Made by a program: the position numbers and the translations under genes
Shown: one piece after another, positions 52,020-61,895 of the stretch
How positions within the stretch are numbered: the first letter of the stretch is position 1
Layout of the letters: each line of letters begins with the position of its first letter
From: Eledone cirrhosa
Taxonomy: Eukaryota
DNA: 64,000 bases
Reading direction: 5' to 3'
Assembly (NCBI GenBank): GCA_964016885.1
Contig: OZ024742.1
Span: 196,230,001 to 196,294,000 of the forward strand
The notes under the pieces: generated by a model
Told to the model about the DNA's origin: nothing
The model's input: only the letters and a program-made list of their open reading frames with translations
Database searches by the model: none

Positions 52020-52390
52020 CTGTGTCTAAATCTTTATTACTACTTGAAGAAAATCAGGGTGGAGAGGGAAGTGTTGCCTTCCAACCAGTTTGTTGAAAGG
52101 TGGGTGAGAGTGGTTAGCATGGCCCGAATAAATGTGCCTGGAGATAGGAGGAGGACAACCGGGATGGGGACACTTGTTGTAGTGACCATGGCTGTTTGTG
52201 TGTTTTCTCCATGAGTTGCCCTCTGAAGTCCTTTCCCTTTTGAGGAATTTGTTTTGGTTGATGTTTTAAATGTATATTTTTATTAGTTTTCTGTTATAAC
52301 CTTATTTACACACAAAAGCCCACACTGGGTCATCCTGTGACATCTGTATTGTTTGCTTAATGTCAACCCTGTGTTGCAAATTAAGAAACC
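52020..52390 (+). mobile_element. Tx1/L1-like LINE 3' end
   Basis: YYLKKIRVEREVL...FVERWVRV..MARI resembles Tx1 ORF2 C-termini; followed by a T-rich UTR. Confidence 0.5.
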
Positions 52391-52409
52391 ATCATTATAA
52401 TTGTTGTTT

Positions 52410-52870
52410 GGTAGTATTGGTAAAGTGTCAGACACCATGCTATTCAGCATAGAGTTATGCCCCTTTACGTTTTGAGTTCAAATCCAGCCAGAGTTAACTT
52501 TGCATTTCATCCTTACGGGGTCAATAAAATAAAGCACCAGTAATGCACTGCGGTAACTGCTGACCTTGTGCCAAAAGTAGAAACATTATTATTGTTAGAG
52601 TGGTTAACTTTGCCTTTCATCCTTACGGGGTCGATAAAATAAAGTACCAGTAATACACTGGGTAATTTGCTGGCCTTGTGCCAAAAGTAGAAGCAATTAT
52701 TATTATTAGAGTGGTGAATTGGCAGTACCAGTAGAGCGTCAGGCACCATGCTTTTTGCCTTTTATCCTTGCTGGGTCGATAAATAAAGTATCAGTAACGC
52801 ACTGGGGTTGATTTAATCGACTTTCTCCTCCCCTTCAAATTGCTGGCCTTGTGCTTAAATCAGAAACTAT
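52410..52870 (+). mobile_element. Cluster of three Meta-like SINE copies or fragments
   Basis: Core repeated three times. Confidence 0.82.
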
Positions 52871-52914
52871 TATTATTAAAAGAAATAATTATCATAATTA
52901 TTAGTTTTTATTGT

Positions 52915-53245
52915 TAAAACATGGCTTAGTGGTTAGAGCATTGGCCTTGCAATCGAAAGGTTGTGAGTTCAATTCTCAGACCGGGTGAAGTGTTGTTTCC
53001 TTGAGCAAAACATTTTATTTCACATTGCTCCAGTTTACTCAGCTGTAGAAATGAGATGATAGGGACTGGGGTCCATATCATTCCACTGCAAAGTGGTCAT
53101 GAAGGTGCCACGGCAAAAAAGCACCCAGCACTCACTGTAAATGAGGTTGGTGTTAGGAAGGGCATCCAGCTGTAGAAATCAAGCCAGAATCAGTTCCCGT
53201 CCCACCCTTGCAAGCAGGGAAAAAGGAAATGATGATGATGAAATG
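52915..53245 (+). mobile_element. tRNA(Ala-like)-derived CORE-like SINE with RTE-derived 3' tail
   Basis: A-box tggcttagtggttagag, loop cTTGCAa, B-box gagttcaattc, CORE-like ttccttgagcaa.acattttatttc, tail cccacccttgcaagcagggaaaa..(GAT)n. Confidence 0.9.
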
Positions 53246-53543
53246 ATTGTTAAAAGATTTCCTGTAAGTCTCAGTAAATAATGCATGCGAGTGTGATGAT
53301 GATATGTAGCCATAGGTAAACCTTCATAGAGGACACCTATGATCAAAGATATTCCATCTGTGCCCATCCCAGTGGTTGTTACTTCTGTTTGGAGACTAAA
53401 TGGAGTGAACCTCTAAGACAGATTTGAAAGAGATTTGGCTTTCTCATGATGGTTATGTAACATCATCAAAGCTCTCTCAATGGTTTGTATCTACATACAT
53501 ACGTATGTATGTATATATGTATTAATGTATTTTCTGTGTGTGA

Positions 53544-53584
<41 letters not shown>

Positions 53585-53983
53585 CGTGTGAATGAGTATG
53601 TATATATGTATGTATGATGTGTGTATGAGTTTATATATGTATGATGTGTGTATGAGTGTATATATATGTATGTGTGTATATGTGTACGTATGATGTCAAA
53701 CTAAGTGTCCTTAATGAGATGTAGGTGTACACTTTGGTATGCATCACAGTATTTAAAAATAAACTTTTTAAGGGCAACAGTAATAACAATCATGATGATG
53801 ATAGCAGTAACAGTGGCGGTGGTAGTAGTAGTATAAGTAGTAGTAGTAGTAGTAGTAGTAGTAAATCTGACATTGATTTAATGCTCTTATCTAAGATAAG
53901 GAACTATTTCCTTCTTAAATAAGCTCATTACTATATAACTGTACATAATAATGAGACCACCATCTTTACACAGCCCTGGCTTC

Positions 53984-54051
<68 letters not shown>

Positions 54052-54061
54052 CGTGCGTGTA

Positions 54062-54120
<59 letters not shown>

Positions 54121-54139
54121 CATATAGCATCCATTCTTC

Positions 54140-54345
54140 CTGCTTGCAAGGGTTGGCTCAGGTCATCCCAGACCAAACCAGTACTAAATCAGGGCTACTG
54201 GCCTTTAAGATATTGTCTGGGGCTGGATGAGTCATCACAAACCAAGCCAATACTAAATCACAGCTACTGACCTTTAAGATACGTTCTGAGGCTAGATGGG
54301 TCATCACAGACCAAGGTAGTACTAAATCAGAGCTGCTGACCTCTT
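54140..54345. repeat. ~70-bp tandem triplication
   Basis: 'gtcatcacagaccaagccagtactaaatcagagctactgacctttaagata' x3. Confidence 0.75.
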
Positions 54346-54665
54346 GGATGGGCTGGGGACCCTCACATCAAGTTTACATGTGTTCCCACTCTCTCTTTCC
54401 TTATAAAATGCCTTGAGTGTGTTTTTCTGGAACCTTCACTAGGGAGCCTGTTATGTCTCTTACACAACTGAAGAGTCCTCTCCAACCATTGTTTGGCATG
54501 TTATCTACAATTGGATACCCTTCCTATACCAACCACTTTACAGAATGCACTAGAGAGATTGTTTTTCCTTTCATGCAACCGATGATTCCTGATGATTCTA
54601 AAATATTTCTACACATTTTCGTTCTTCGCACTCTCTAACTTTATTTCATCTTATTTCTCATTCTA

Positions 54666-54701
54666 TTTTCTGATGAAGGACTGGTGTCCAAAATATAAAG
54701 A
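54666..54701 (+). ncRNA. Decayed hammerhead motif (family B)
   Basis: ctgatgaaggactggtgtcc aaaatat; CGAAACGT eroded by CpG-type transitions. Flanks are homologous to 19225-19335. Confidence 0.5.
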
Positions 54702-55926
54702 CTCTTCCCACTATATCAAGCATTAAACTAATATATTTCTTAATTGTACTTTGTTGTTTGTTTATTTTTCATACACACACACACGTGTGTGTGTGGGTGT
54801 GTGTGTGTGGTGTGGTGTGGTGTTTGTGTGTGTGTATATATAATTAGAATTTAGCTTCGACATAGCTGTGTACAAATATGTATGTGCATTTCGTATATCT
54901 AAAGATATATGGTATGTTTAATAAATAAACATTTTGAAAGCCTTAGCTATGAATAGAAGACTGATGGCAGCGCCATCGAGTGGTAGGATAAATGAAGCAT
55001 TGTCATAATGTGAACCATTTAAGTTTGAAATGTATAGACAATTATCCCCCTTGCTTCTGCTGGAGTCTGCTCACTGGCGCTGCTGTCAGTCTTCTCTTCA
55101 TAGCTAAGGCTTTCAATTCTGTAAAGTAGTAAAACTGATATCATGACAAAAAACACCCAGTCTACCCTGTAAGGTAGTAGTGCTAGTGCAATGACAAAAA
55201 TCATACACTCTACCCTGTAAGATCGTTATACTGGTGCCATGACAAAAACACTTAGTCAATCTTGTGAGATTGTTAGGCGTTAGGAAGGGCATCGATCTGT
55301 AAAAATCGTACCCCAAAATGAAGACTATGAGCCAGACATATGGACACATGACTTGCCTGGTCTCAATGTAATCATGGAAAATAGATGTTAAATCGTGATG
55401 GTGATGATGGTGATGATGATACATTCTTTTATGTCAATAGTCAGATGGTGGATATATTTAATGTTAAACCTTGCTGCTCTTGTTCTACAGGTTTTTAAAC
55501 CCACAAAACCTGCTCACTGATTACTGCGATTTATTGATCGACTGCCTGAGTGATTGATTGAAACTTGAAAGGAACAAATAAAACCAAAATAACGAGGCTT
55601 TGTCAATTAGAGTTGGCTATTAACACTGATCCATTGTGATACAATTTCGATAATGGTAACTATTTTCCAATAGTCACCAGACGGGTGAAAAAGAAAAAAA
55701 AAAAAATCTATATTTATATTATTTACTACTAGTTTCAGTCATTAGACTATAACCAGTCAATCATATCGACCCCAGCACTTATTTTTAAAGTCTGGTATTT
55801 ATTTTATTCATTTTGTTTTGTCAAATCACTACAGTACGGGGCCGAAAAGCATACACACATACACATATTGATATATATATATATATAAAAGCAGACGTAA
55901 AAATGATGATGATACATATATATATA

Positions 55927-56074
55927 TACAGGGTGTCCTACCCATGCTGGCGTGGTAGATGGATGTTAAACGATGATGATGTCCCCCCAAAATGTATAAC
56001 ATAGTTCAACAGCATTCTAATAAATATTGCCTGTACAGGTAAGCGAAGTGTGTATACATTTTTTGGGGACACCT

Positions 56075-56076
<2 letters not shown>
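55927..56076. mobile_element. Tc1/mariner-type mini-MITE with a 41-nt retroposed insert in its left TIR
   Basis: caggg-TGTCC-[55939-55979]-TGTCC-cccc...ggggacaccttg. Confidence 0.78.
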
Positions 56077-56134
<58 letters not shown>

Positions 56135-56272
56135 AGTTCAACACCCTAACAACTATGTTATGTGCCTTGTCTAACCCATGCTAGCATGGAAATGGATGTT
56201 AAATAGTGATGATGATGATTATATATATATATAATAAACAAGTGGTGATGAAATCTCAATTTAACATCTTAT

Positions 56273-56618
56273 ACATATTTTATTCACATGTGCTGCATGT
56301 TTCACAATCAATCAGCTCAAGGTGTGATCTTTCACAATCAGTCATGACATAATGCTGGAATTGATAACTCCTCAGATGCGACCAATCATACCTAGAGCTG
56401 ATGGATTGTGAAACACGCATCACGTGTGAATAACATGTGTGTAAAATGCTAAATTGATACTTCATTCCCACCTGCTTATTATTAACACCTTGCATGTTAC
56501 GGCTAACAATAACTAGTAATAATACAAAGGACAAATCCTACATTGGTAGCTAAATCTACGTAATAGCACTGAGTGCTCAAACTGGGAGACCATCAGTAAC
56601 TTAACATTACACACCAAC
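56273..56618. mobile_element. Foldback element (56273-56440 plus tail) with a decayed long-stem-II HHR (56287-56380, -)
   Basis: Minus strand cgcat ctgagga ..atcaat..attgat.. gaaac atgc agc acatg; plus arm gaaac acgc atc acgtg. Tail actgagtgctc. Confidence 0.62.
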
Positions 56619-56641
56619 TATATATATATATATAATAATAA

Positions 56642-56780
56642 TAATTGTTTCTACTTTAGGCACAAGGCCAGCAATTACCCAGTGCATTACTGGTACTTTA
56701 TTTTATCGACCCCGTAAGGATGAAAGACAAAGTTAACCTCGGCAGGATTTGAACGCAGACCATAAAGGGAGGTAACTATA
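56642..56780 (-). mobile_element. Meta-like SINE fragment; further copies ~58265-58560 (-), ~62870-62955 (+), ~32086-32200 (+), ~51850-51930 (+)
   Basis: Same core. Confidence 0.8.
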
Positions 56781-56935
56781 TAATAATAATAATAAACGAA
56801 AAACATTTACTTTAATCCATCCCTATTTATTTTATTATATGTATTTCAAAGATGCAAAGCTTACAGATGTCCAGCACTATATATCATCATCATCATTTTA
56901 CGTCCGCTTTTCCCTGCTTGCAAGGGTGGGACGGG

Positions 56936-56973
<38 letters not shown>

Positions 56974-57022
56974 CAAGAAGTGTAAGTCAACAGGTTAAAA
57001 TTAACTTCGTTTATTCATATTT

Positions 57023-57080
57023 GCTGCAATATATTTTTGGTGATAACCATAATTCAACAGTTATGACCTCATCAGGCAGC
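57023..57080 (-). ncRNA. Decayed hammerhead motif (family J)
   Basis: gctgc ctgatga ggt cataac..gttat c acc aaaa atatatt gcagc. 5-bp stem I; GAAA changed to AAAA; AATAAA downstream. Confidence 0.55.
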
Positions 57081-57849
57081 TAGAACTTAAACAGAAAAAA
57101 TGTTGATATGCCCAGATCCGAAATGTGGTGTTGTTAATTCAAAATGGTGGCAACTAGTAAGCACCCAATACATACTCAAATTTATATATATATATATAAA
57201 AGTCTAAAGTCTGTCTTAAGCCAGAAGGCTCATTTGGCCGGTGCTTAGCCTGGTTTCATGGCATGAAGCGACAGAGTACAAGACTCCCTCCTGGACAGGA
57301 CGCCAGTCCATTGCAGGGTTAAACCTCCAGCTATTGCTGGTACTCATTTTCAGCTGAGTAAACTGGAGCAACGTGAAATATATATATATATATATATATA
57401 TCAGGATTAAACTGGTATGAAACTAGTTAGACCATTATTAAACAAAATATTTGATACTTGGGATAGTAGAGTGTAAATATAGTAGAGTCAGAGCCTGACT
57501 TTCTAGTGTGTGTATGGGAGGAGGGGGGGGGGGTCACTTCAACTGTATAGAAGACATGACAACTTCCCTAGAATTGATGACATGATAAAATACACCCAGT
57601 GCACGCTTAAGTGCAGGAACATGTGTCGGTAAGGAGCAGGCTACCAGCTCTTCTGAGAGGTCAATAGCTCCAATTAAGTTCTACCTCGGTCAGTTATGAC
57701 CTGTCCAAATATTGCTAGCAGAGACATTACAATGGACATTACATGATGATGATGGTGAACATATACATATACTCAGAACATAAAGCTGAAAAAAATACCC
57801 CAAAGTATTTTGTTCAACTCAAATGATTCTGCCAATAATAATAACTGAT

Positions 57850-58195
57850 GTACAATCCCTACAGTCGACAATATATCTTCCAAGGAAATGGAGAAATTAG
57901 ACAAATATAAAAATCTAGAAATAGAAATAACCTTAACCCTTTAATGTTCAAACCGGTCAAAAACCAGCCAGAATTCTCTACTTCTTTCTGTTGAAACTGG
58001 CTGTAACTGGTCACTCATACTGATATTAAGGTATTGTTCTCAAAATAAATACTTTCAAAATCTCATAGATTCGATATTATGCGAGATAATTATGCGAGGT
58101 AAAACCTTTACCATGAAAATATAATAGTATATATAGAGTAATGTGAATGCTAAAGGGTTAATGTGGATAATGAAAACAAAAGATTAATGCCACAA
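57850..58195 (+). mobile_element. Short R4/Dong endonuclease remnant split by a piggyBac MITE
   Basis: TIPTVDNISSKEMEKLDKYKNLEIEIT|LMWIMKT. Confidence 0.7.
57933..58161 (-). mobile_element. piggyBac-type MITE family A
   Basis: TTAA|CCCTTTAATGTTCA...GAATGCTAAAGGG|TTAA. Confidence 0.9.
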
Positions 58196-58957
58196 AAAAC
58201 CACACTGCACATACCCAAAGCACACAGAGCTGTGCCCTGTAATGCAATAAAACTAATAATAAGAACACAGAACATAAAGGGTTGTAGCTATGGTGCAAAG
58301 CATGTTGTCCAACACTCTACCAATTCTGCCAATCCAACGCCCTAATGCTTTCTGATTTAGGCACATGGTCAACAACTTTGGGAGAGTGGAAAGTCGATTA
58401 AATCGACAGCAATACATTACTGGTGCTTTACTTTATCAACCCCATAAGGATGGAAGGCAAAGCTAACCTCGGCGAGATTTGAACTCAGAACATAAAGAGC
58501 CGTAACTCTATGCCGCAAAGCAGGGTGCCTGATGCTCTACCGATTTTGCCCACCCACCAATAATAACGGCTTCAAATTTAAGCACAATGCCATCAATATG
58601 ACGAGAAAAGTTGATTAAATTGACCTCAGTACTTTACTAGTACCTTATTTTTAACGCCACCCCCACCCCCCAAAAAGAATGAAAAAACAAATTGTTATAG
58701 ATCTTGACTTTCAATAACAAAACACCACCAATAACAACAACACAACTATATAATCCAGAACAACAAAAAGAATCATCTGTAATTCTAAGAGAAGTGAAAC
58801 ATTGATAAGTTGTTGTAGTTGTGAGGAGGAGGAGGAGGAGGAGAAACAAGAAAGTAAAAGAAGAAGCGGAAAGAAATAAAAGAAAAAAAAAAAAAGAAGA
58901 AAAGGAAAATGAAGAAAAGAAGAAGAAAAGAGAAGAAAAAGGTGATGATGAGGACAG

Positions 58958-59008
<51 letters not shown>

Positions 59009-59438
59009 CTGAAAGAATTACTTGTCTGAAAAATTTGAAGAGATTTTCTTTGAATGTAATTAATTAAAAAGGAAGGAGTTAGTTTGCAACTGGAATGAAC
59101 ACAGTATTCACAGGCTGGAAGGAATTCCTCTCATTTGTCTTCATTGTTGCTACCGTCGTTATTACTATTATTATTATTATTATTATTCAATCTTCTTCAT
59201 GGAGTATTCTTTCATTTGTTGAAAACTTGAAAACATTCTATTTGAGAGAGGGGGGGGGGGGAGAGATTAAAAGAAATGTAATGGAAGAGAGAATAAAACT
59301 GTTGATTGAGGAAAGATATAATTAGAAGAGGTAGTTTAATAGGAAAAAGAAGATAGAATAGAAAGGTGTATGTGTGGTGGTGGTGGTGGTGGTGATGATG
59401 GTGGTGGTGATGGTATTGGTGGTGGTGGTGTTGGCAGT

Positions 59439-59840
59439 GGTGTTGCTGTTAGTGGTGTGTTAGTGGTGATGATGATGGTGGTATTGGTGTTAGTGGTGGT
59501 GGTTTTGGTGCAGCTATTGGTGATGTTTGTGATGGTGGTGCTGTTAGTGGTCGTGTTGTTGTTTGTGGCAGCGGTGGTGGTGGTGTTGTTGATGATGGTA
59601 TTGTTGTTGCTGTGGTGGTGGTGTTGCTGTTAGTGGTGTGTTAGTGGTGATGATGATGATGGTGGTATTGGTGTTAGTGGTGGTGGTTTTGGCGCAGTTA
59701 TTGGTGATGTTTGTGATAGTGGTGCTGTTAGTGGTGGTGTTGTTGTTTGTGGCGGCGGTGGTGGTGGTGGTGGTGTTGTTTGTGGCGGCGGTGGTGGTGG
59801 TGGTGTTGTTGGTGATGATGGTATTGTTGTTGCTGTAGTG
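59439..59840. repeat. ~180-bp tandem duplication of GGT/GTT/GAT low-complexity DNA
   Basis: 'gttgctgttagtggtgtgttagtggtgatgatg...' restarts at ~59619. Confidence 0.8.
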
Positions 59841-60124
59841 GTGTTGGTGTTGTAACTGTTAGTTGTTGTTGTTGTTGGTGGTGGTGGTGGTGGTGGTGGT
59901 AGTACATCAACCCACCATTCTGTAACAGTGGAGGTAGTAGTAGACACAGTAGAGGCAGTAGTGGTGAAAGTGTTCTGTTCAATAAGTTCCTTCTAGAAAG
60001 ACATCAGTGAGACAAAATTGATTGCTATCTCTCCTGATTCAACTCACTCCATCAAGCACCATTGCAACTGAACCTAATATATTGTTAACTAGGGAGAGAC
60101 AAGAGGTGCAGGAAATAGGGAGCA

Positions 60125-60462
60125 ATCTATATATCTATCTACCAACCTATCTACTTACCTATTAAATCTATATATCTACCTAGCTACATATCCATCCATC
60201 AACGCATCTACTTACCTACTTTATCTATCTATCTATATATCTACCCACATATCCATCCATCTATCTATTTATCTATCTACCTACATATCCATTTATCTAT
60301 CTATCTATCCATCTATCTACTTACCTACCTATCCATCCATCCATCTTGTTATCTATCCATCCAGTTATCCACTATCAACCCATCCACCCACTCACCTATA
60401 CCCAACTACATACCTATATCTATCTATCTATCTATACATATCTATCTACCGTTCTATCTATC
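60125..60462. repeat. Degenerate (TATC/TACC/TCCA)n
   Basis: Direct observation. Confidence 0.85.
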
Positions 60463-61189
60463 CAGGGATCTGGCTACAAGCCAGAAAGAAGTACAACCTT
60501 ACAAGATACTTTCAAAACAATCTACCTTGTATTTATTTTTCCACTCCAATGAGCCTCAGCTAGCAACAATAATGGCTACTAGCTAAGGAAGGGTTTGAAA
60601 ATATACACATACACAGCTGCAGGTACTGAGCAATGAAAAACAGCAATCAACACATCATTTGGAAGTTGAAAATATTTGTATTAGCAGTTAAGTTTATTTA
60701 TGCATTACCAGTGGTTTCATAGAAATATTTGCATACAATGAAATCAAAGGTAATGCACAAATATGCAAAATAGTTAATACAAATATATGTGATGCTAGCA
60801 TGGAAGATGGATGTTAAACCATGATGATGATGATGATGATGATGATGTGAGTGTGTGTATTTTTATTTATTATGACTAAGTAGTGGCCTTAGAGTAATGG
60901 TTAGACAAACTTGGGTCGCAGCCCACACTACCGCATCCTAGGCCTAGAGCCCATCACCCTCCCTTCTTCTGTGACCCAAGAGCCCTTGCCTTTCCCTTCA
61001 TTTTCCATTTACATATCTGTAGTGTTCTTATTTGAAATAGATTTGGTTATGATTTTTTGTTTTTGATTTTTATTAATAAAATGTTTCCCCGAAATAAATA
61101 AATATATTTCGCAGCCAAACTTTAAAAGCTTAAAAACATTCAGCTGGCAACAAACCCAGAAAAATCCTTGTTGGCAGAGTAAATAAACA

Positions 61190-61406
61190 TTAACCCTTTA
61201 GCATTTACATTACCATGAAAACACAACAGTAAATATTGAGTAAACACTTTATCTCTCATAAATATTGAATCTACGAGATTTTGATATTATTTATTTTGAG
61301 AACAATACCTTCACATCAGTATGAGCAACCAGTTACAGCCAGTTTGAACAGAAAGAGGCGAGAGAAGTCTGGCCAGATACAGCAGGTTTAAATGCTAAAG
61401 GGATAA
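61190..61406 (+). mobile_element. piggyBac-type MITE family A
   Basis: TTAA|CCCTTTAGCATTTA...AAATGCTAAAGGG|ATAA. Confidence 0.85.
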
Positions 61407-61756
61407 ATGATAATATACGTATATACATATCATCATGATTGTTTTTTTTTGTCTGATTTTCTTACCAGGCATGGGTTGGAATTGATTAGAAAACAAATTG
61501 AAAATGGTGTCAGCCTAACTGTATATTACACCTGTTGATACAAGCGCCAGGTCTGTCACACCTCCCACATCTGTTGTCACACCTGTTACACCTGCCACCT
61601 CAGTCACATGTACCTCTCACATCTGTTAAACTTATTACATCGGTTACATCTGTTACAACTGCTACATCTGTTATTTCATCTTCAGACATTTTATAACAAG
61701 AAGAAGCACTTTTAAGATAGGGTGTACAGTGAAAATGCCACTACAGCAGATGTGTA

Positions 61757-61834
<78 letters not shown>

Positions 61835-61849
61835 TGTGTGTGTGCGCGC

Positions 61850-61895
61850 GTTACTCTGGAGTTTCACCTGTGCACTTACAGGATCATCTAGCAAG
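61850..61895 (-). ncRNA. Decayed HHR family A copy abutting (TG)n
   Basis: Minus strand cttgct agatga t cctg taagtgca cagg t gaaa ctc ca gag ta ac. Confidence 0.6.

Noticed and set aside
52915-52985. tRNA-Ala-like gene
   Set aside because: It is the head of a multi-copy SINE, with no proper acceptor stem or terminator.
57400-57450. HHR 3'-half-like sequence (cag..ctg..gaaactagtt) after (TA)n
   Set aside because: CUGANGA is missing, so it cannot be distinguished from chance.
58821-59012. Highly charged ORF (poly-R/K/E/D)
   Set aside because: Purine-rich and (GAT)n microsatellite translation.
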